IMG/VR virus record: IMGVR_UViG_3300017722_002753
Location: 1-64,000 of that record
Direction: 5' to 3' (one strand)
DNA: 64,000 nt
Source: a virus
Lineage: Duplodnaviria; Caudoviricetes
Made by a program: the position numbers and the translations under genes. The notes beneath the pieces are model-generated. The model was not told the DNA's origin. It did not search any database and saw nothing but the letters and a program-made list of their open reading frames with translations. Of the stretch, positions 9,619-17,851 are shown in pieces. Position 1 is the first letter of the stretch. Every line of letters begins with the position of its first letter.

Positions 9619-10872
9619 ATGGGAATACCAAAAAGAAAAAACAACATTGATGTTTACGGAGGTAAAGAATACTTTGAGGGTAAACAAATTGTAGAAAGAA
9701 GACAGGAGTTATTAGATAGAATAACTAAGTCAGATTCTTATTTACCTGATTCTATATTACATGATGATTTAGACGGAGGTATGCTCAGTTTTGTTAAGGA
9801 AAATTTTGTTGTAACAACAGACGGTATAAAAATTCCTGTAATACCAAAAATATTAACAATTCAAAGATGGGGTGAATTCACTCAAAATTGGGGATTCTCC
9901 GATGATGATGGAAATGTTGAATTACCTTTTATTGCGGTAATCAGAAAACCTGACGTTCAGCCGGGTACAAATCCTGTGGTACAAAGGACAATTCCTGATA
10001 GAAGAACATTTTATTATGCATCTGTTCCAACATGGAACGGAACACAGTCGGGTGCAGATATATACAAAATGCCACAACCTGTGGCTGTTGATATTACGTT
10101 TGACGTGACAATTATTTGCAACAAATTTAGGGATTTAAATAAGTTTAGTAAAATTGTGATGCAGAAATTCTCATCAAGACAATCTTATACCACAGTTAAA
10201 GGTCACTATATTCCAATCGTTTTGGATAGAGTTGAAGACAATACTCCAATGGACACCATGGATGGTCGTAGATTTTATATTCAAAATTACACTTTTACCA
10301 TGTTAGGTTTCTTAATTGATAGTGAGGAATTTGAAGTTAAGCCGGCGGTTAGTAGAATGTTTCTATTAAATGAGTTTATTCAAAACAAAGGATACCAAAA
10401 GAAATTTATTAATAAAACAATTGATATTACGGTTGTCACATTTCCCGGCGACGGATTACAAACAATATTTAGTGTTGGTGAAAGTATTGGGTTTTTATTT
10501 AATGTATCGGTTAATGGACTAATTCAAGAAAGGGATGTGGATTATTATCACGTTTCAGGTACATCTAAAATTACATTTACAACCGCACCATATGAAGGTA
10601 GTCAGATTGCGATAACATATTATAAGGGGAAGAATAATGTTTGGATTGATAACTACGGTAAACCCGTACAATTGGAACATCAATCATACCAATATGATGG
10701 ATCAACTTTAACGTTTACATTGAATAATGCAATTGATAGTATTGTTACCTTAGATATAAACGGTCTCGTTCAAGAAGAAGGTGTTGGATTTGATATTAGT
10801 GGTAAAGATACCGTAACATTAAATGGTGTTCCACAGATTGGAGATAGTATTACTATCACCTATTTGTACTAG
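9619..10872 (+). CDS. Tail terminator / sheath stabiliser (gp15-like) with two C-terminal Ig-like repeats
   Basis: The likely start is ATG 9619, just after the upstream stop. PVAVDITFDVTIICNKFRDLNKFSKIVMQKF fits a tail-terminator fold, and the gene sits just before the sheath. Confidence 0.55.
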   Translation: MGIPKRKNNIDVYGGKEYFEGKQIVERRQELLDRITKSDSYLPDSILHDDLDGGMLSFVKENFVVTTDGIKIPVIPKILTIQRWGEFTQNWGFSDDDGNVELPFIAVIRKPDVQPGTNPVVQRTIPDRRTFYYASVPTWNGTQSGADIYKMPQPVAVDITFDVTIICNKFRDLNKFSKIVMQKFSSRQSYTTVKGHYIPIVLDRVEDNTPMDTMDGRRFYIQNYTFTMLGFLIDSEEFEVKPAVSRMFLLNEFIQNKGYQKKFINKTIDITVVTFPGDGLQTIFSVGESIGFLFNVSVNGLIQERDVDYYHVSGTSKITFTTAPYEGSQIAITYYKGKNNVWIDNYGKPVQLEHQSYQYDGSTLTFTLNNAIDSIVTLDINGLVQEEGVGFDISGKDTVTLNGVPQIGDSITITYLY

Positions 10873-11033
10873 TCATCCCCATACATATCTTTCTTTTTAG
10901 GTTTACAGTAATCCTCAATCCACTTTTCTAAAACTTTATAAATTTTAAGTCCGTTCCTGTCGCAATGGATTTTTAATAGTTCGTGATGCTTTTCACTAAT
11001 TTTTACGTTTTTCGTTTTGTTTTCTTCAGTCAT
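10869..11033 (-). CDS. Small ribbon-helix-helix-like DNA-binding protein (54 aa; absent from the ORF track)
   Basis: Manual translation: MTEENKTKNVKISEKHHELLKIHCDRNGLKIYKVLEKWIEDYCKPKKKDMYGDD. A beta strand (KNVKIS) is followed by two helices with a G-L turn. Confidence 0.7.
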   Translation of the reverse strand: MTEENKTKNVKISEKHHELLKIHCDRNGLKIYKVLEKWIEDYCKPKKKDMYGDD

Positions 11034-11109
11034 AGATAAAAAAAGATAATTAAGGATAAATAACTATCTTATTTAAAAAAATTACGGAAATCTTTCATAA
11101 AAACAAAGA

Positions 11110-11117
11110 TATTTATA
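11110..11117 (+). promoter_or_regulatory. Putative late promoter TATTTATA (sheath gene)
   Basis: Exact motif upstream of the sheath ATG at 11155. Confidence 0.55.
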
Positions 11118-11154
11118 GAATAACTAATAAAAATAAATAACCAAACATTAATCG

Positions 11155-14025
11155 ATGGCAAATTCAAACAGAGTATTCGTTTCTCCAGGTGTCTACACAT
11201 CAGAGAAGGACTTAACATTCGTGGCACAGAGCGTCGGGGTAACAACTTTGGGTTTAGTGGGTGAGACCTTTAAGGGTCCAGCATTCGAACCATTGTTGAT
11301 TACTAATTTCGACGAATTTAGAACATATTTTGGCGGTACATCTCCAGTAAAAGACGAAGGAGGAAACCTAAAATATGAATTACCTTATGTGGCAAAATCT
11401 TATTTACAAGAATCAAACCAATTATTTGTAACCAGAATCTTAGGATTGACGGGATACAAACCAAATAAATCATTCGGGATAAAAACTTTAGGTGGATTTC
11501 AACCATCAACTTCCACTTGGGAATTAAGTTTAAGTGGTTCAACTACCACAGATATGGACCCAACTCCATTAGCAACGTTTACGGGTGCAACATTTTATGG
11601 TGACCTTAGTGGTAAAACATCATTCGAGGGTACATCAATAACTGATTACATTTACTCTAATTTTAGTGCAACAACAGGTAACGATGGTGTGTGGTTTGTA
11701 ATAGGTCAAATACCTGAATCAGATATTCCTCTTGGAACTGAATTGGTATCTCCATTTACAGGTTCATTATATGCATCGTCAGACTTTAATAAAAACTGGT
11801 ATAACTTATTTAACAACGGAAGTAATTTAGTTTATTCTTATCTTTTTGTTTGGGATGGTAGTTTAAATAAATTTTCAGTTAAAAGGTACGTATATAATGC
11901 TAATTTAGTAAACGACGGAGTGGTCGTTGCTGTTTTAAGATCAAGAGGTCATTATAATAACCTTCAACAATTAGAATTAGAAGTAACTGCTAATACTAAC
12001 TTTACATTATCATTGAGTCCTGATTTCGACATTACTATGGATCCTTTATCGGAATTTGTAATTAATGTAACGGGAGCCACTCAAGGTGCAAAGACATTTG
12101 CGTGTTCTTTTAGCCCATCATCCACCAAATATATTAACAAAGTTTTAGGTACTGGAGTATTTGATAAAGCTTACGCAGATTTCCCACTTTATGTACATGA
12201 AATTTACCCTAATTTATTAACCGCAGGTTTTGAAAGAGGTGAAATTAGAGGTATTAGTTTAGATGAAGTTTATAACTTAGAAGGTAATAGATTCTTAACA
12301 CAATGGGATACTACGTTATCACCAATGGTGGTTTCTGAAGTTAGAGGTGGTAAAGTTGCCGATTTATTCCAATTACAAACTATTTCTGATGGTGAGTCAG
12401 CAAACTTTGAAATTAAAATAACAATTCAGAATATTAACCTTGAAACAGGTGACTTTGATGTAGTACTTCGTGATTTTAACGATACTGATGATAATATCGT
12501 AGTGTTAGAAAAATTCTCAAGATGTTCAATGAATCCAGATTTACCAGGTTATATCGGTAGAAGAATCGGAACATCTGACGGTGAATATGAGTTACGTTCT
12601 AAATTGGTGACATTAGTGTTAGCTGATAATCACCCTGTTGATGCAATTCCTGCTGGATTTAAAGGTTTTACAACTGAAACAAATTTTTCAGGTAGAACAC
12701 AGGGTAGTATTGTTTTTAAAACAAAATACCACGATGCTGGTGAAGTGATTAAATATAATTCAGATGGTTCTCCAATTATCGAATCAGGAGATAAAATCAG
12801 AAAAGTATCTTTAGGTATGTCTTCACAAGTTGGTTATGATAGAGATTTATTAAAGTTCAAAGGAACAACAGCGGATGAATATACACATGGTTTTCACTTA
12901 TCAACAAACGCATCTACAATCACAGGTGCAACTTTGGATGGATATATGTTCAAAACCACACCTTATGACTTAGAAGGTAACATAAAAGGTAAATTAGATT
13001 TAGTATTAAATCGTAAATTTACATTCGCTTTATGTGGTGGATTTGATGGTTGGGACATTTATAGAGGTGTAAGAACATTCGGAGACGGATTTATATTTGG
13101 TAAATCTACATACATTAGTGGTAACACTACCAATAATGGTGTTTTCGATACATCCAACGGAAACTCCGACTATTATTCATATTTAGCAGGTATCAACACA
13201 TTCTCTAATCCTGAGGCGGTAGACATTAACGTGTTTGCAACACCAGGTATTAACTTCTACGACCAAAGTTCATTGGTTAATCAAGCAATTGACATGATTG
13301 AAAACGAAAGAGCGGATTCATTATATATAATGAACTCACCTAACGTAACAGGACCAACAGCCGCAGATGAGGTAATTGGTTTCTTAGATGATGCAGCAAT
13401 TGATTCTAACTATTCTGCAACATATTGGCCTTGGATTCAAGTAAGAGACGTAGATAACGCAACACAACTTTATATCCCACCAACAGGTGAGGTATTGAAA
13501 AATATCGCTTTAACCGATAACGTATCATATCCTTGGTTCGCAGTCGCTGGTTATTCAAGAGGTTTAGTAAATGCAATTAAAGCATCTAAAAAATTAACAT
13601 TAGATGAAAGAGATGAACTTTACAAAGCTAGAATTAATCCAATTGCAACATTCTCTGATACAGGTACTATCATTTGGGGTAATAAAACTTTACAAGTTAA
13701 AGAATCTGCTTTAGATAGAATCAACGTAAGAAGATTGTTATTGAGAGCAAGAAAATTGATTTCAGCTGTAGCCGTTAGATTGTTATTTGAACAAAACGAT
13801 GAACAAGTAAGAAATGAATTTTTAAGATTGGTTAACCCAATTCTTGAATCAATTAAAAAAGAAAGAGGTTTATATGAGTTCCGTGTAACCGTATCAAATG
13901 ATCCAGAGGACATTGATGCAAACACTTTGAGAGGTAAAATCTACATCAAACCAACTCGTTCTCTTGAATTTATTGACGTTGAGTTCATAATTACACCAAC
14001 AGGGGCATCATTCGACAATGTATAA
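11155..14025 (+). CDS. Contractile tail sheath protein (gp18-like)
   Basis: N-terminal FVSPGVYTSEKD; C-terminal YPWFAVAGYSRG, RINPI, IWGNKTLQ, LDRINVRRLL, IYIKPTRSLEFI. Confidence 0.95.
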   Translation: MANSNRVFVSPGVYTSEKDLTFVAQSVGVTTLGLVGETFKGPAFEPLLITNFDEFRTYFGGTSPVKDEGGNLKYELPYVAKSYLQESNQLFVTRILGLTGYKPNKSFGIKTLGGFQPSTSTWELSLSGSTTTDMDPTPLATFTGATFYGDLSGKTSFEGTSITDYIYSNFSATTGNDGVWFVIGQIPESDIPLGTELVSPFTGSLYASSDFNKNWYNLFNNGSNLVYSYLFVWDGSLNKFSVKRYVYNANLVNDGVVVAVLRSRGHYNNLQQLELEVTANTNFTLSLSPDFDITMDPLSEFVINVTGATQGAKTFACSFSPSSTKYINKVLGTGVFDKAYADFPLYVHEIYPNLLTAGFERGEIRGISLDEVYNLEGNRFLTQWDTTLSPMVVSEVRGGKVADLFQLQTISDGESANFEIKITIQNINLETGDFDVVLRDFNDTDDNIVVLEKFSRCSMNPDLPGYIGRRIGTSDGEYELRSKLVTLVLADNHPVDAIPAGFKGFTTETNFSGRTQGSIVFKTKYHDAGEVIKYNSDGSPIIESGDKIRKVSLGMSSQVGYDRDLLKFKGTTADEYTHGFHLSTNASTITGATLDGYMFKTTPYDLEGNIKGKLDLVLNRKFTFALCGGFDGWDIYRGVRTFGDGFIFGKSTYISGNTTNNGVFDTSNGNSDYYSYLAGINTFSNPEAVDINVFATPGINFYDQSSLVNQAIDMIENERADSLYIMNSPNVTGPTAADEVIGFLDDAAIDSNYSATYWPWIQVRDVDNATQLYIPPTGEVLKNIALTDNVSYPWFAVAGYSRGLVNAIKASKKLTLDERDELYKARINPIATFSDTGTIIWGNKTLQVKESALDRINVRRLLLRARKLISAVAVRLLFEQNDEQVRNEFLRLVNPILESIKKERGLYEFRVTVSNDPEDIDANTLRGKIYIKPTRSLEFIDVEFIITPTGASFDNV

Positions 14026-14047
14026 TCTCTGAAGGTACTATAAAAGA

Positions 14048-14074
14048 AGGGAGGACTTTAGGTCCTCCTTTTTT
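14048..14074 (+). terminator. Rho-independent terminator after the sheath gene
   Basis: GGAGGAC-tttag-GTCCTCC stem followed by a T-run. Confidence 0.8.
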
Positions 14075-14104
14075 ATTTAAACACCTTTACAGGTGAAATA
14101 GGTA

Positions 14105-14120
14105 TGTTCCACGAGGAACC
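14105..14120. other. parS-like centromere palindrome
   Basis: TGTTCCACGAGGAACC matches the bacterial parS palindrome TGTTCCACGTGGAACA at 14/16 positions; intergenic. Confidence 0.5.
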
Positions 14121-14161
14121 AATTTTTATAACAATTATACTTTTATATTTCATCCAGAATA

Positions 14162-14242
14162 CTGGAACTAGATATACTAGTATTTATTATTATATTTTAT
14201 TTAATTAAGTAAAAAGCTTTTTATTTATTCTGGAACTAGATA
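14162..14242. repeat. 13-bp direct repeat CTGGAACTAGATA with flanking palindromes
   Basis: Identical copies at 14162-14174 and 14230-14242; perfect palindrome AAAAAGCTTTTT at 14211-14222. Confidence 0.75.
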
Positions 14243-14332
14243 CTGGAGCCTGTAAAAAACTAAGGAAAATAATTGATAAAATCAAGTCCTTTTGAATAAT
14301 AAACGAAAAAAAAATTATTTTGATTTAGGATA

Positions 14333-14340
14333 TATTTATA
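14333..14340 (+). promoter_or_regulatory. Putative late promoter TATTTATA (tail tube gene)
   Basis: Exact motif upstream of the ATG at 14380. Confidence 0.55.
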
Positions 14341-14379
14341 AGAAAGTAAAAATAACAAAAAAAACTTAACAAATACAAC

Positions 14380-14868
14380 ATGGCAGATTTATTAATGAAA
14401 ATGCCGGCTCCATATGAGCCGAAAAGGGTTAACCGATTTATCGTTAGATTCGACTCATCTTTGGGTATCAACGAATGGTTCGTAACTTCAGCAGCTAGAC
14501 CTAGTGCAAAAATAAACTCAGTTGCAATTCCTTTCTTGAATACCTCAACCTATGTTGCAGGAAGATTTGAGTGGAATGAGATTAGAATAACATTTAAAGA
14601 CCCAATTGGTCCTTCAGCATCTCAAGCATTGATGGAGTGGTTCCGTTTACACGCAGAATCAGTTACAGGTAGAATGGGATACGCAGCTGGATATAAGAAA
14701 AACGTAGATTTAGAAATGTTAGACCCAACAGGTGTTGTGGTTGAAAAATGGAAATTAGAAGGATGTTTTATTACTGATTTGAACTTCAATGAACTTGACT
14801 ATTCAAGAGATGATTTAGCTTCAATCACGACTTCTTTAAGAATGGATAGATGTATCCAAATTTACTAA
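14380..14868 (+). CDS. Tail tube protein (gp19-like)
   Basis: 162 aa, directly after the sheath; YEPKRVNRF...GRFEWNEIRITFKDPI...EKWKLEGCFITDLNFNELDY. Confidence 0.9.
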   Translation: MADLLMKMPAPYEPKRVNRFIVRFDSSLGINEWFVTSAARPSAKINSVAIPFLNTSTYVAGRFEWNEIRITFKDPIGPSASQALMEWFRLHAESVTGRMGYAAGYKKNVDLEMLDPTGVVVEKWKLEGCFITDLNFNELDYSRDDLASITTSLRMDRCIQIY

Positions 14869-14893
14869 TAATAAAATAATCTGTCATATAAAG

Positions 14894-14923
14894 AAAGGTG
14901 TTATTCATATAACACCTTTTTTA
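14894..14923 (+). terminator. Rho-independent terminator after the tube gene
   Basis: Perfect 11-bp stem AAAGGTGTTAT-tcat-ATAACACCTTT followed by a T-run. Confidence 0.8.
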
Positions 14924-14968
14924 TTTTATAAACTTTACTTTACAATAGTTATTAGTTAAATTTAGAGT

Positions 14969-15718
14969 ATGGAACAATTAAGAATAGACCCCTCAATCGC
15001 ATACGACGTTGTTGAACTACCAAGTAAAGGTATTCACTACGCAAATAAGAAGAAATCATTACGAGTTGCGTATCTTACCGCATCCGATGAAAACATATTA
15101 GCTGCACCAAGTTTGGTGTCAACAAACAGTGTTGTTACAGAATTACTTAAAAGAAAAATTTTAGATAGGGACATCTCAATAGATGAGATTGTTGAGGAAG
15201 ATAAACAAGCAATATTAATATTCTTAAGAAATACGGCCTTTGGTTCGGATTATAAAATTACAGCAATTGACCCTAAAACAGAACAACAATTTACGTTCGA
15301 TGTTGACCTTTCTTTACTTAAAGTGAAAGACTTTAATTTAAAAGAAGATACTAACGGTGAATATGTTTATTTCATGGAAAGGTCTAAAAAAGAAGTGACC
15401 TTTAAATTTTTAACACAAAAACAAGAAAACGAAATAAAGGACATCGAAAAAAGTTGGGTAGGATTAGGTATAGCACCAATCATCACAAAACAACTTGAGA
15501 TGATGATTCAATCAGTTGGTGGTGTTAGAGATAATATGTCAATTAGAGATTTTGTTGAAAATTTACCAATTAAAGATTCACAAGATTTTAAGAAATACGT
15601 TAGAGAAAATAAACCTGGTCTTGATTTGACCCAAACAGCAACCACCCCGTCAGGAGACAAAATCCAAGTTGAAATTGGGTTCGGGGTTGAGTTTTTTCGT
15701 CCTTTCTACGGATTATAA
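14969..15718 (+). CDS. Tail / baseplate hub assembly chaperone (gp26-like; G-type chaperone position)
   Basis: VVELPSKGIHY...YLTASDENIL...PGLDLTQ...GVEFFRP; lies between the tube and tape measure genes. Confidence 0.7.
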   Translation: MEQLRIDPSIAYDVVELPSKGIHYANKKKSLRVAYLTASDENILAAPSLVSTNSVVTELLKRKILDRDISIDEIVEEDKQAILIFLRNTAFGSDYKITAIDPKTEQQFTFDVDLSLLKVKDFNLKEDTNGEYVYFMERSKKEVTFKFLTQKQENEIKDIEKSWVGLGIAPIITKQLEMMIQSVGGVRDNMSIRDFVENLPIKDSQDFKKYVRENKPGLDLTQTATTPSGDKIQVEIGFGVEFFRPFYGL

Positions 15719-15848
15719 AAAAGGACAATTAGACGAATTTTTATTCCTAATTAAAAGAGGTTTCACATATGGTGATATTCTCACAATGCCTGTATGGGAA
15801 AGACGTTACTATGTCAACTATTTAATAGAATTAGAAAACAAGAAATAA
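15696..15848 (+). CDS. Second chaperone segment (gp51-like / T-type), probably expressed by frameshift from the upstream gene
   Basis: The +1 frame reads FVLSTDYKKGQLDEFLFLIKRGFTYGDILTMPVWERRYYVNYLIELENKK*. The only ATG is late (15786); TTG codons at 15669, 15675 and 15687 are alternative starts. Confidence 0.6.
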   Translation, partial: FVLSTDYKKGQLDEFLFLIKRGFTYGDILTMPVWERRYYVNYLIELENKK

Positions 15849-15861
15849 TCTATTTATAGTT

Positions 15862-17799
15862 ATGGCAGCACCTAGTGATGATTTAGTAAAACGAACCGCA
15901 ATCCAATATGGAAATGAAGGAAAAAGTGTATCCCAATTAGATGATTGGTTGAGAACTAATAATGCAACACCATCTCAAAGTTTTAGTGCTGGAGTTGAAT
16001 ATAATAAAGCCGTTGCCACTAGAGCGGCATCTGCGGGTTCTAGAAGAACATCATCATCAAGTTCATCATCAAATGTTGTAGGTAATATATCTCAAGGACT
16101 TCAAGGTGCTTTAGATGTTTTTAAATCAAATTCCGCATATGGTAATGTTAGTAAAGATAAAGAAGAATACAATATATCAAGTGTTTTAGAAACCATATCT
16201 AAAAACGGTTTATCTGTTAACACATTAATGAATGGGTCGAAAGATATTATCCAACAAATATCAAATCAATTAGCAATTGAATCACAATTAAGAACCGATA
16301 TTAATGAAAAAACGGGTCTTGCGGGTGATTTATCAAAGGACGTTAGAGAACAAATGGTTCAATCAACAAGTTTGGCTATGAGATTTGGTTATGGTATCGA
16401 TGATATAACAGGTGCATATCAGAATTTAATAGAGGAAAGTGGTAGATTTAATGTGATTAACCAAACAACATTAGAGGGTGCATTAGGTGTTTCTAGAGCG
16501 TTTATTGGTGATTTTAAAGAGGTTGGTAAAGTCTATAACGAGTTTGAGAAAGTTGGTTTTGGTGCTAGAAGTGCAATCGAAGCAATTGATAAAGCTGGTA
16601 GAGAATCACAAGGAATTGGATTAAGGGGTAAAACCACAGTTAAAGACATACGAGATAATATTGAAAAATTAAATCAATATGGTTTTCAAAAGGGTATTGA
16701 TGGTTTAGCTCAAATGTCAAGAAAGGCCGCTGAATTTAGAATGAGTATGGGTGAAGCTTTTAAGGTTGCAGAAAGTGTTATGGACCCCGATAAGGCAATT
16801 GAATTATCAGCAAATTTACAAGTTTTAGGTGGTGCTATTGGAGATTTTAATGACCCATTAAAATTGATGTACATGGCCACAAATAACGTCGAGGGTTTAC
16901 AAGACGCATTAATTGAGGCGGCAGGTAGTTTAGCAGTTTATAATAGTGAACAAGGTAGATTTGAAATTACAGGTGTTAACCTAAGAAGAGCCCAAGCGAT
17001 GGCTAAAGAATTAGGTGTTGATTATAAAGAACTCACAAGAGGTGCAATTGCATCACAAGAAAGATTAGCTGCGAGTAGTGATTTAATGGCTAAAGGATTT
17101 GATATGAATGAAAAGGACAAAGAATTCCTTATTAACATGTCAAGAATGGACGGTGGTAGAATGGTTATCGACGTACCAAAAAGTTTACAAGAAAGTTTAG
17201 GTATAAAAGATACTCGAGTGGCATTAACGGATTTAACGGATACACAAGCACAAGCATTAAAGAAATATGGAGAAGACATGAGTAATATGTCTTCAGAAGA
17301 GGTTGCTAGAGACCAATTCGAATCAATCACCAATATCCAAAGAGATGTTAACGCAATGGTTACCATGGCGAGAATTAGAATTACAGGTGGAATTAAGGGA
17401 AAAGATGGTTTGGATATTGATAATATAACTGCGGGTCTAAAAGAACAGGTTACAAGATACACAAATGAAATTCAAAGCGGAACAAATGGTCCTGTCTTAG
17501 AGGGAATGAAAACTCAGATTCAAGGGGTAATTGATTTGGTTAAATCAACAAACGCTGGAGGGGCGGCTCTTGAAGCGATAAAAAGTTTAGAAACAAAATT
17601 ACAAACGGCTTCCGGTGCAAATAACCCTAATAACACTACCGCACCAACCACACCTTTACAACCTAAAGAAATTAATCTTAATATGAAAGTGTCCGCTTCA
17701 CAAGCAATTACGGATGTGGCGTCTCAAGCGTTTTTGCAAAATAAAGATGTTTGGTCGGATATTTTAAAAAGACAGGAAAAGGATTACTTGTCATTATAA
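15862..17799 (+). CDS. Tape measure protein
   Basis: 645 aa, predicted helical and rich in A/G/Q/K; follows tube and chaperone; preceded by TATTTATA at 15851-15858. Confidence 0.75.
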   Translation: MAAPSDDLVKRTAIQYGNEGKSVSQLDDWLRTNNATPSQSFSAGVEYNKAVATRAASAGSRRTSSSSSSSNVVGNISQGLQGALDVFKSNSAYGNVSKDKEEYNISSVLETISKNGLSVNTLMNGSKDIIQQISNQLAIESQLRTDINEKTGLAGDLSKDVREQMVQSTSLAMRFGYGIDDITGAYQNLIEESGRFNVINQTTLEGALGVSRAFIGDFKEVGKVYNEFEKVGFGARSAIEAIDKAGRESQGIGLRGKTTVKDIRDNIEKLNQYGFQKGIDGLAQMSRKAAEFRMSMGEAFKVAESVMDPDKAIELSANLQVLGGAIGDFNDPLKLMYMATNNVEGLQDALIEAAGSLAVYNSEQGRFEITGVNLRRAQAMAKELGVDYKELTRGAIASQERLAASSDLMAKGFDMNEKDKEFLINMSRMDGGRMVIDVPKSLQESLGIKDTRVALTDLTDTQAQALKKYGEDMSNMSSEEVARDQFESITNIQRDVNAMVTMARIRITGGIKGKDGLDIDNITAGLKEQVTRYTNEIQSGTNGPVLEGMKTQIQGVIDLVKSTNAGGAALEAIKSLETKLQTASGANNPNNTTAPTTPLQPKEINLNMKVSASQAITDVASQAFLQNKDVWSDILKRQEKDYLSL

Positions 17800-17851
17800 G
17801 TGGATGATAAAGTTTTTACCTAATAATCTATTTATAATAAAAGAATAACTA

